From contig ML002359.1 of assembly GCA_003614675.1 (NCBI GenBank), positions 1 to 38,428 of the forward strand: a DNA stretch of 38,428 nucleotides, read 5' to 3'. Numbering within the stretch: position 1 is the stretch's first letter; each line of letters starts with the position of its first letter. Shown piece after piece: positions 1 to 9,762 of the stretch. The stretch comes from Dimargaris cristalligena (lineage: Eukaryota). The position numbers and the translations under genes are program-made. The notes under the pieces were generated by a model. It was not told where the DNA came from, made no database searches, and saw nothing but the letters and a program-made list of their open reading frames with translations.

Positions 1-1833
1 CCTTTCTCTATTATTATCTATCTTTTCAAATAAAGTTCAGTTTTCAAGGATTTGAGTTTAGTTCTTTACAGCCCCCACTAGGACCCAATTAAATGGCAGC
101 TTATTCTTACCCCCCACAGTTTACCCTAATAAATGCTATATACACTCACCCCCTTGTACTAACTAGTAAGTGTGCCCACTGCACATCCCTTACATACACC
201 TGCATTTTTCCTCTATTGGTTAGTACTGTGCCCCATCCTAATACTAGTAGCCTGCTTGGTCGAGTCTAAGCCCTGCCTACCATTAGAAGCCTATCCTTGG
301 GACTCTTGATGGATTAAGAGTAGTAAACCCGGGCAACACCCAGTAAGGCCATATTAAATTACCACAGATCCCAAGATTATGGCATTGCATATATATACTG
401 AAATATCTGATATCTAGCATTCTCAATATAAATTCACCCAATCTATGAGTATAAGATTTCAATAACTGACTGTACCTTCTACTAGGAGTTAGAAGGGCCA
501 CTTGACCTCCTGGATGAACAGGTACCTGTAAGTGGGCAACAAACAGTTACTAGTTCTACAAACGCTAACAATGAGCCTGGGGTATGGGATGGGGGTAATT
601 CACACATATCATAGCATGCTCCTCGTGCTTTCAAAAGATACCAATTATATATATATATATTTGAAATTGCCCTCTTGGTAAAATACTCTATGTTAAAACC
701 GGGCCCTCTTCAGCCTAGTATTTGAGTACCAAATTCTGGAAAAGCAATATTATAAGCTAGAGAGGACTTACACAAGAAATCATATGTAGTTAAACTCGAT
801 CAGTCTATGGTGTTGGGATTCTATCTGGCTGCAAATCCGACCAATGTGGTCCAATCGCTCATTCAATCAGCTAAAACCAAACACTAATTACCTAGTTTTC
901 CTTTCCAATTGACCAAGCCACATTTATATATATATATTTAATAAATACCAGCTTAGTAGCATTGTTCATCCCCTGCTTCCGTTTCCTGTACTCCAATCTC
1001 CAATGCCCTTCGCCTGTGCCTATGTATGGGTTTATACTCAACCATTATCACCAACAACCTATAGTCCAAAAAATAGTGATTCTATACTACCCCGACTCTA
1101 AATGGCCTCTGAATTGGCTACGAATGGTGTTGGTCGATACCTGAATTTTTGGCAAAATGGGGGATTGTGTATTATCCAACGAAAATACATTTAGCTGGGT
1201 AATAGTGAATTACTGAAAAACTATAATACCGGGGACATCCCTGTATTGAGGCAAAGATTATTTACTGCTCTTTATCCACACGATTAAATAGCGTGAGCTC
1301 AATGGCATACCACGTACCAGCTAAAAATGAGGGCATGAATAGATTCCAAAAGTCGTTCAGCGGAGATTCCGCGAATGTGGTCTACGTGTTTCATGCCACA
1401 TTGGCTAGAGGGCATCCCTCCACTAGAATATAGCTGATAAATCGGTAAGCTTGGATCAACTGTGCATTTGTTACAGCACACACATTGAAAACATTTCTTG
1501 GATGACCAAGCCACCGCCCCTTAATGTATTTTAAGAATAAATTGTCACCTGGCAATGTTCATCCGCGTAAAATCATAACGGATACTGTTTCATTTGCTTT
1601 TTTAAAAATGGTTTGCTACCCAGTTTCCCCCCCTCCCTTCTACAAAAGACATTACTTAAACAATCTACTCTATTTAAGGTAGATACGGCCCCCTCTACAA
1701 CATCCTTCTAGGAAATGTAAGTATCGTACAATATAGTTAAATCCGTATAACATATTCATAATAATAATATACACCCCCCCCACCTTCCCCACAAAGGGGG
1801 AATACAATATGCGTAAATAAAAAAGAATGAACA

Positions 1834-4692
1834 TCATGCTGGAACCTGGTTATACATTTGGTACAAGATTCCGCTCGGGTCCTGAAGTAAATCGTCCGGC
1901 GATCCGTTTTGAACCAGCTGCCCTTGATCAAACACCAGAATTTGCTGACACTGGTCCAACAGGGCGATACTGTGGGTCACGATCAGTACCGTGGCCCCAT
2001 CCAGTTGCCGACGCAGGTTGGCCATGATATCGTGTACCTTGAGGGCGTCTAAATTAGCGGTGGGTTCGTCTAATAAGTACAGGTCGGCATTTCGGCCGAG
2101 GGCGCGGGCCAACGCTACGCGCTGTTTTTCGCCAGCACTGAGGGCATGTGTAGAGCGATTAAGGCTAATGAGGGGGTCTCCGTTGGGGGTATTGGATGAT
2201 TGACCAACCCCTACTGCTAGTCCAGCTGCCTTGGCTGCGGCCCGGGTGGAGCCAGCGGAGCCCAAGTGACCTGAATTAACGGACCCGTAAGCGATATTCC
2301 ATTTGACCGTGCCGGGGAAAAATTGGAGGCGTTGGGGCACCATGGCAATCCGGCGGCGGAGTTCCGTGGGGGGAAAGTGGCGTAAGTCTTCTTGACCACC
2401 CCACCGAATGGTGCCCCGGGTCGGGTCATAGAGGCGGTCAATTAAATGAAGTACGGTGGATTTACCACTGCCTGACCGCCCGGTGATGCCCACCCAAGTG
2501 CGGGGCTTGATACTAAACGAAACGTCGCGGAGGGCCAAAGAGGAAGAGGAGGAGTAGGAGGAGGGGGGGGAAGGAGAAGATGACGATGATGATGATGATG
2601 TCTGCTTAGTATGGTCGGCGGTGGGGCGGGCCATCTTCATTGCCATCAGCATCGCCTCATTTGGACTCATGGAATGGCGATGTAGGCTGGAAGGGTATTG
2701 AAAGGACACGTGATCAAAAGTTAGCCCACCCTGAAGTAGGGCATCCGTAATGAGTTCTTGGGTAATGGTGGTGGTGTTGGTAGTGGTTTTGGACGGATCA
2801 GGAAACATAAGGGAGTCGTCGTTATCTAATTCACTTAACCAAGCTAATTTAACCTGGAGGGTACGGCTTATATTTTTCCGGAGACTCAGCACTCGGTCCA
2901 GTTGATTTTGAAAGGGTTCGAACACCCCCAACAAGACCAGTAGACTGGACCAACGGACATGAGGATTCTGGTGTGCATAATATATACTAAACGCCAGCCA
3001 AGCAAACTGGCTAACTAGATTTAGGAGTAGGAGACCCCTGGAATTATGGCTAATATGTTCTAATCGTGATCGCGGTGACCTTGGCGATAAAAGAGGCCAG
3101 TTGGTGAGTGGTTGATGCCGGGGATGCAAATGTTGAGACTGGGCCAGGTGGTAAGATTCGGCGGAGAATGTTTTAATGGTAGGCAGGAGGGTTAGCCAGT
3201 TTTTTATATAGGTCGTTAAATCAGGCACTGCATAGCGTGCCTCCATGTTATTCCCATCGGGGGACGGGGACGCACCGGCCCTACCCGGCCGCAGGGTGCT
3301 TTGATTTCCGTCGATTTCGAGTAAGTCCCTCGTTACCAGTAGCAGAGATCCATAACCAAATAGAAATACTAAGGGATATGTACCGAAACGACTGACTAGG
3401 AGCCGAAGTACCCAATATAATGAGAGGCAACATTGGAGGGGATTTAAGAGCAGATTGTGCAAGGCGTCTTCAATATTGGCCCGCCAATTATCTTGGTAAA
3501 ATAGACTATCGAACCGGCTCGCTAACGCCGAACCCGGCCTAGTCTGTTGGTATTCCAACGATTGGTGTAAGCGAGTCTGGTAAAGCAGCATACCGAAATG
3601 GCGTTGAAGAATATTGTGGACTCGACGCCCCCACCGGCGCTTGGCAAAGAGTATGACATCACCTAATAGGGGGTATACTACCTGAAGCAACAGGAGTTCG
3701 CCCCAATCAAAGAGAACCTCAGTGGGAGTGATAGCGGTGCCCCCCGGATCGGGCCGCTGGGTATCCGAGCGGTGGGCCAGATCCAGTAGGAGTCGGTTTT
3801 TGGCGTATAAAACCCAGGTCCGAAGCCAGCTGAACAATAGCTCCAATACCAAATAGCCTATAAGGGACAAGTTGTTCCAAGGGAAGTGGCGGTACATAAG
3901 TTTTAGGTAGTGAAGGGGGGCCATCATGACTGTAGTGGGTATCGGAAGGGGCCGGACGATTCGATGATGACGGGGGGGTTGGAGAGAAAACTCAGTAAGC
4001 CGAAGCTCCGGTCTGGGACGATCCCGGTCTTTATTGGCCCACGCTTGAACCATACGTTTTATGGAGGGTGACAAGTTGGAAGTCATCCGAATCCAGGTAT
4101 CCCCAACCCAAGTGGGCGCGGAAGATCGAGTCGTGATCATGGTGATTACTCGGGAATACCAATCATGAATATGGGCGTGTAATAAAACCATGACCATAAC
4201 CTGAACCATCCCTCCGTAAAGGTATACGGCAAACGGGGAATACGGCACCATTGGCAATAACCCAACCATCAGTCCAATTATTAGATGCGGGTGCCCAATC
4301 CGAATCCATGAGAATTGGTGTTGGGGGACGCCCGGAGCCGCGGTGGAGTATGCATCAGTAGCAGTCTGCGCCCAATGGGACGAAGAAAGGTCAGAGGAGA
4401 CCGAAGACTGTTGTGGGTCGGGCAACAGCCAATAGTCCCACATCCAAAACCAAATGCGAGGAAGCGTACACAGCAGCATCCAACCTAGCTTTGCTGATTC
4501 ATAATTCGCGACGGTTGATGTATTCAATGAGTCGGGAAGACCGAGGTCGTGGGATAATAGTGTGGTGATCAAATACTGGATTTCGGCTAGCCCTAAAGCT
4601 AATAACGCCGTGCTTCGGTAGCTTGCTGTATGGGAGGAATGAGCATTGTCTAGAGGCAATATCAATAATGGAATCAGTAAGCACGTTGCCAT
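1834..4692 (-). CDS. ABC half-transporter (ABCB-type, TMD followed by NBD), 952 aa, apparently intronless; substrate unknown
   Basis: Uninterrupted ORF from ATG at 4692. The C-terminal NBD has FDHVSFQYP, Walker A GRSGSGKS (2481-2458), Q-loop MVPQ, variant signature LSAGEKQR (2142-2119), Walker B/D-loop LYLLDEPTANLD and H-loop VTH. The N-terminal two thirds has several hydrophobic segments. The layout resembles HMT1/ATM1-type half transporters, but I cannot assign orthology. Confidence 0.9.
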   Translation of the reverse strand: MATCLLIPLLILPLDNAHSSHTASYRSTALLALGLAEIQYLITTLLSHDLGLPDSLNTSTVANYESAKLGWMLLCTLPRIWFWMWDYWLLPDPQQSSVSSDLSSSHWAQTATDAYSTAAPGVPQHQFSWIRIGHPHLIIGLMVGLLPMVPYSPFAVYLYGGMVQVMVMVLLHAHIHDWYSRVITMITTRSSAPTWVGDTWIRMTSNLSPSIKRMVQAWANKDRDRPRPELRLTEFSLQPPRHHRIVRPLPIPTTVMMAPLHYLKLMYRHFPWNNLSLIGYLVLELLFSWLRTWVLYAKNRLLLDLAHRSDTQRPDPGGTAITPTEVLFDWGELLLLQVVYPLLGDVILFAKRRWGRRVHNILQRHFGMLLYQTRLHQSLEYQQTRPGSALASRFDSLFYQDNWRANIEDALHNLLLNPLQCCLSLYWVLRLLVSRFGTYPLVFLFGYGSLLLVTRDLLEIDGNQSTLRPGRAGASPSPDGNNMEARYAVPDLTTYIKNWLTLLPTIKTFSAESYHLAQSQHLHPRHQPLTNWPLLSPRSPRSRLEHISHNSRGLLLLNLVSQFAWLAFSIYYAHQNPHVRWSSLLVLLGVFEPFQNQLDRVLSLRKNISRTLQVKLAWLSELDNDDSLMFPDPSKTTTNTTTITQELITDALLQGGLTFDHVSFQYPSSLHRHSMSPNEAMLMAMKMARPTADHTKQTSSSSSSSSPSPPSSYSSSSSLALRDVSFSIKPRTWVGITGRSGSGKSTVLHLIDRLYDPTRGTIRWGGQEDLRHFPPTELRRRIAMVPQRLQFFPGTVKWNIAYGSVNSGHLGSAGSTRAAAKAAGLAVGVGQSSNTPNGDPLISLNRSTHALSAGEKQRVALARALGRNADLYLLDEPTANLDALKVHDIMANLRRQLDGATVLIVTHSIALLDQCQQILVFDQGQLVQNGSPDDLLQDPSGILYQMYNQVPA

Positions 4693-5388
4693 TTTGGAGT
4701 TGCAAGTGGAATGGTGAGTAAGAGTTAATGTGCTGGTCTAGGTTGGTATACATATTTCCAATTGGCGAATTAACCCTGCCGTCTAGGATATTTTTGGTCT
4801 AGCTATGGAAATCAAAGTGACCCTGTTATCAGGTGTCACTCTAATGCATACCAATAAAGTGTCGATTTGAATCACAGCATTTTCGATGTGAGGATAACGG
4901 ATCTGGGTGATGGATAGATGTCCGGGAAACAGTTAGGCGGGGAGAAGGGCTCGTTGCGACTGCGAAGGTGTGGTAAATAGGCAACAGCCATTCGACTGCC
5001 TCAAAGATATAGTAAGGCACAACGGACATGGTGCGCTTAGATTGGCCAGTTTAAATAGTAAGGGGATCGAATTAGATTGATAGAAAAAAAGGAAGGTGAT
5101 TGAGTGGTACAGGTACTTCGAATATTTCGATATGTGAATAGTGTAACCAAATGGGCAAGTATCCATAAAATCGAGTGATTGAAGATGCGGATGGGTTTTT
5201 ATATTCCCCCTGATCCGCTTATACTACTATGTTTGAACTTGATATCGACTGGAGGGGACCAAGTTAGCGAAGGTAAGAAAGGCAACCGATCTCTAAGAGT
5301 TCCACCCTCCCCTCGCCTCCATTTGGGGACTGATAATCATATTTCGTGGTTAAAAATGGTGAATGGTAACCACCATTGGGCCGCAATA

Positions 5389-5810
5389 AGCAAATGAGTG
5401 ATGGTCTTTCCAATTCCAAGACCTGGGCCACTTTACTCTTAATGCTTCACCATTGTATAGTATCAGTTGGCTTCGGACTGGTATATGGCCAAGCGGATAG
5501 GTGAAGCTGACGGGCTTCCAAGTGCTTCGCCCTTTCCCTAAGATGCGATTATTATTATTTTTAGGGTGGGTCATGGCCATTTTACGAAGATGATTTGTTC
5601 AGCAAGTGAGTGATGGCATTTCCGATTCTCGTGCTCTGGCTATTTTAATATTATTATGCTTCATCATTGTAGTTTTCTTTAAGCTTCGGGCTGGCTGGCT
5701 AAAGCGATGGGGTGAAACAGACGATGGTCTTCCAATTGAATTGCTCCGCCCGTTCCTTTTGGTTCGGGGCTTGGGTGGGCTAAGGCCAATTTGAAAGGAT
5801 AATGGGTGCC
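5389..5810 (+). repeat. Diverged head-to-tail duplication, period about 212 bp (unit A 5389-5600, unit B 5601-about 5810)
   Basis: Colinear matching blocks: 5389-5416 vs 5601-5628 (24/28), 5442-5457 vs 5656-5671 (15/16), 5470-5481 vs 5683-5694 (11/12), 5500-5512 vs 5711-5723 (11/13), 5523-5537 vs 5742-5756 (13/15), and GGGTGGG..GGCCA at 5564 vs 5773. Offsets are 209-219. Confidence 0.85.
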
Positions 5811-6581
5811 ATGGGGCGGGCTGTAGAGGGATGGTATGAAGGTGTTAACTTGCTTCAGACAAAAGGGCGGGGAGCCGGATTTTTTTAGGTCACTAGCATT
5901 ATTATTTGTTTAATCTATTATTAGTGGCAAATGGTAGGCCTATGACCGATGGTACAATTGGGAAGACTTAGGAAATAGTAAGTCTTAGCCGAATGTTAAA
6001 GGAGCAAAGGTGGAAGGGGTGGCAGTACTGACCCCTCAGTAGCTCATTATATGTTCAGGCCAGCTGGGCGCTTCAATCTTCACGGATAAGTGCGTATACG
6101 CCGAATAAAGCAGCCGGGATATGATGCCGTGAACACCTACCTATCTATACATCGGCGCATCCCATCGACATGCCGCTTACACTCGAAGCAGGGAGAATAT
6201 TCGGACCGGGTCTGTAGATAACCGGATTTATAATTGCGCAAAGTGGGTTGAGGCGGTCCTGCACCCTTCATTTAACCTGCCTCGTGTGGGGCACAAAGCC
6301 GCCGCCCCCCCCCCCCATGCACGCCCGCATCGGCGGGTGGAGAAATCAACCCACACGACTGGGGTGTGCGATGGTGAGATACATTTTCGCCCTTTGAACC
6401 GGATAATCTCGTTTTACTTACGTACACCGATGGATGCTTCGCCCGGCCATGGTCGTTGCTATTCACACCACCTGTGCCCTTCCCGCTGGCGTAAATGTTT
6501 CGGTGTAACCATGGCCCTACTACTTCTTGGGGCCTTCACGTTTTCCCGTGTAGCAACCGTTTAAAAGTGGCCGCTTCGTCC

Positions 6582-6606
6582 GAGTAGAGTAGAATAGAGT
6601 AGAGTA
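6582..6606 (+). repeat. Short (AGAGT)n pentamer repeat
   Basis: gagt agagt agaat agagt agagt a. Confidence 0.7.
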
Positions 6607-7315
6607 AGTATAGTCTATGGCACGGTCAGGGCGTTTTCTCTCCTCCTCTTCAGCGAACAAGTCCCCCCCCCCATTCAAGCTGTACCCCGCATTCCAACCT
6701 ACTCACGCGTAGTCACCCCTTGACTTCAGTGGCTTGACCTTCCCTGATTGTATGCTATTGAATGCTTCTCGCTAGTTACCCGTTCTTTCCCCCATTTCTC
6801 TTTCGTCGGGCCACTCGAGCAACACAATTGGGTAAGTCTAGGTGCCAGGCCTGGGTTTTTTTACGGGGTTCGCACTATGGGCATTGCCCCGGCGGGGGTG
6901 ATCTTTTTGACCATTTCCCTAAATGCGGTTGGCCTGTTGCGAGCCCCCATATACTTCGTACTATAGTCAATTCGGGAAGTAACAATACTTCTTCGGCTGC
7001 CTGTATTTCTTCGCAGGTGTTATCTATTTGGTATATGCCAGGAGGGAAGTGGTTACCGTATCCTAAGCGGGGGTCTGTCAAGGGCTCGGGGACTTTACTA
7101 CTCCCTCTAACACCACAGTGGTGTTGAAGATGTATATGGAATCTAGCCTTGGGACCTGGAATAGTTTTGTTGGCTTTGAAAACTACCTGTTATTGGCCCG
7201 CTGGGCAATTCCTCTTGGTTTGGCAGCAACTATAGCCGAGCGATAATTCCTCCGATTGGATGTCCACAGCCATGGATGGGGCGATGACTGGATATGGTCG
7301 GCATATCTGACGGAG

Positions 7316-7373
7316 TTTCATTGTATTGTTTCATTTCATTTGGTTTGGTTTGATTTGAACTGACTTGATTTGG
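7316..7373 (+). repeat. Degenerate pentamer run (TTTCA/TTTGG/TTTGA)
   Basis: tttcatttcatttggtttggtttgatttgaactgacttgatttgg, with 5-nt periodicity. Confidence 0.6.
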
Positions 7374-8133
7374 CTCGCGTGGGTCCCTGGACTTTAGCAT
7401 GTTTACTGCTTATTTCCTCCCTCCAAGGCGCTTGTTACCCCGCTCAATTCTTCAGCTGGGCGTGGTGGGCCTTTTATACGGTGGGTTGACCACCTCCGTC
7501 TTAGCTGTTGTTAAAGACGACTCTTAAGCTCCAGGAGCGTTGTTGGGGGTCTCGGCTGATTCCTTTGGACAAGTGAAGGAAGACAGGGTGCGACAGCCCC
7601 AGCGATTCGCAAGTGAAGTAGCCACCTGGCTCCGTTGTAGGCGCAGACCCCTCGCTGGTTTCCCACCCGCCCTCCCTCTCACTATCCTTTTCGGGTTCGC
7701 TTTTTTTTTTTGGCGGAGCACCCTGCCTTTTGGTTTACCCACCACTCTCCCCTTTCACCACTGGAATTATTTTGGGATTGCTCTTTCTTTCGATACCCAC
7801 CCACCACTCCTTTGCCTATACCTGAATCCTATTATTAAACAACAACCCTCCCGCTTACGTATTTGACATACTTACTACCTCCCCTCTCCCTACCTCAGCT
7901 CGTCGTATCTAACCCTAACAACCGGCATTCTCCGTTGAGAATCACTCTCCGTTGCTTCGTTATCCCCACCAACCTTTCGTCCTGCGGTTTCAAGTGCGCC
8001 GGCCCCTCCATCTCTACTTCGTCACGAGAACCCCCAACTACACTTTCCCCTATTTCCTTGGGTTATCCTATTTCTAATCAGGCTCCTCCCCGCCCCTATC
8101 CCTTACCCGCCCTCTTAGTTGCTCTTAGCCACC

Positions 8134-9645
8134 ATGGTCGACCTTCCTGAAGGGAGTTTGGCCAAAGTGCTTAGCCAAATGGTACAGGAGTCGGCCGCCA
8201 GCCGCGCCGCCGCGTCGCGGGCTCCCAGTGTTGACCAATCCACTGCTTCGCCTGAATTCCTCCGTAATTTGAATCTGGCCGCCTACACCGAACGAAACTT
8301 AGGTCAAATCATGGAGGTCCCCGACGACGACACCATGACCCCCCGCCAAAGAGCCATTCTTCAGGAGTACTGGGATCACCATGTCCAGGGGCTGAACAAA
8401 GGTCAGCCCGACTTCAAGACCCACACCCTACCGCTGGCCCGGATTAAAAAGGTCATGAAGACTGACGAAAACGTCAAAATGATCAGCGCCGAAGCCACCC
8501 TCCTCTTCTCCCGAGCCTGCGAGATCTTCATTACCGAACTCACCTACCGGTCATGGTTTTGCGCCGAAGACAATAAGCGACGGACCCTACAGCGGAACGA
8601 CACGTCACTCGCTGTCTCCAAATTCGACATGTACGACTTTTTGATTGATATCGTGCCCCGGGAGGACCTCACGAAAAACTTCAAGAAGCACCGGGAAGAC
8701 CCCCATGCCCCCCGGTCGTCTCCTCCCGAAACCACCTCCACCGCTCTGTCAGCGGACCCCGGGACTACCACTACCCCTGGGATGGATGTTGGGACCGAGG
8801 CCTCCGCCACCACCGCTGCAGCCACCGCCACCCCGGCCGTCGTTGAAAACACCTTCGCTGCCGACCCTGTCGCTTCATACCAGGCCTACTATCCCCCGAA
8901 TATGGGCGCATTCACACCGCGTAACGACACCGCCCTCCCCGTTCCGTCCGCGGCCGCTGTCGAGCCGACATCAGCTTCATCAGCGTCCTTTTATTCTGCT
9001 TTTCCTGGTAATTTTGATTGGTCCTTCGCCGCCCTCAACGCGCCCCCCGGGACTAGTGCCGTGGCCGCCGACCCTCGGTTAGTCAATGCCGCCGCCTTGC
9101 GGTTCGACAAAGACCTATTAGGGGGCGATGCTAATGCCAGCGCCACTGAGGACCATCACCACCACCACCACCATCACCATCACACTAAAGCCGACTCGAC
9201 TTCCACCACCCCCCTATTAGATACCCCTTTCGTATCGGCTGCCGATGTTCATGTGACTTTTCCCGCCAACTCTAATCAGTCCCTCAGTCCCGGCCAATCC
9301 CGCACTGGTGCGGCGGCAGCTGACTCCGCCGGTTCGTCATCGGCGGCGTCATCCCTGTTCTCCGCCCTGAATTTTGGTCACGGGGCGTTCTCCCCTAATA
9401 CCACCAATTTTGACGGGGTTTTCCTGAGCCCCTCGGCGGGCGCCTTCGAATCGCTAAACCAGACCATCGCGACCAATTTACAATCCAGCTCCACCAACCG
9501 CAGCCGTGCTGCTACTCAAACCGGCCTTTTCATAACCAAAAAGGCAATGTCCGACGTGCCCCACTTACTATCCCCGTCTACAGCGACCGCCTCCGCTTCA
9601 TCGCCGTCGCGGGCACCAATCTCGAAAAAACTACGAAAGACCTAG
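8134..9645 (+). CDS. HAP5: CCAAT-binding factor subunit NF-YC (Hap5/HapE), 503 aa, single coding exon
   Basis: NF-YC histone fold: [66 protein letters not shown]. The ATG at 8134 lies in GCCACCATGG, a perfect Kozak-type context, so the TTG at 8119 in the ORF track is not preferred. Confidence 0.95.
   Translation: MVDLPEGSLAKVLSQMVQESAASRAAASRAPSVDQSTASPEFLRNLNLAAYTERNLGQIMEVPDDDTMTPRQRAILQEYWDHHVQGLNKGQPDFKTHTLPLARIKKVMKTDENVKMISAEATLLFSRACEIFITELTYRSWFCAEDNKRRTLQRNDTSLAVSKFDMYDFLIDIVPREDLTKNFKKHREDPHAPRSSPPETTSTALSADPGTTTTPGMDVGTEASATTAAATATPAVVENTFAADPVASYQAYYPPNMGAFTPRNDTALPVPSAAAVEPTSASSASFYSAFPGNFDWSFAALNAPPGTSAVAADPRLVNAAALRFDKDLLGGDANASATEDHHHHHHHHHHTKADSTSTTPLLDTPFVSAADVHVTFPANSNQSLSPGQSRTGAAAADSAGSSSAASSLFSALNFGHGAFSPNTTNFDGVFLSPSAGAFESLNQTIATNLQSSSTNRSRAATQTGLFITKKAMSDVPHLLSPSTATASASSPSRAPISKKLRKT
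9154..9183 (+). repeat. CAY trinucleotide repeat encoding His10 inside HAP5
   Basis: cat cac cac cac cac cac cat cac cat cac, in frame. Confidence 0.95.
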
Positions 9646-9738
9646 ATGTTAATAACCAACCAACCGAGTATATATAGTGCTAAGTAATTATGTCTTGCCT
9701 TTTCCACTCCTTCCATATTCTATTTTCATTATCATTTT

Positions 9739-9762
9739 CACACACACACACTCTCTCTCTCT
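9739..9762 (+). repeat. Compound microsatellite (CA)6(CT)6 downstream of HAP5
   Basis: cacacacacaca ctctctctctct. Confidence 0.9.

Noticed and set aside
5233..5277. TPP riboswitch-like fragments GAACTTGAT...AGCGAAGG
   Set aside because: No upstream CTGAGA motif, no TAAT P5 loop, and no thiamine gene nearby
5606..5794. 62-aa GTG-started ORF with a hydrophobic stretch in repeat unit B
   Set aside because: Non-ATG start; the paralogous unit A shifts frame relative to it and stops after 36 codons
6762..7190. Overlapping ORFs on both strands (121 aa on +, an open frame of about 100 codons on -)
   Set aside because: No recognisable domain and no convincing splice structure
8119..8133. TTG start given for HAP5 in the ORF track
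   Set aside because: Eukaryotic gene with an ideal ATG context five codons later
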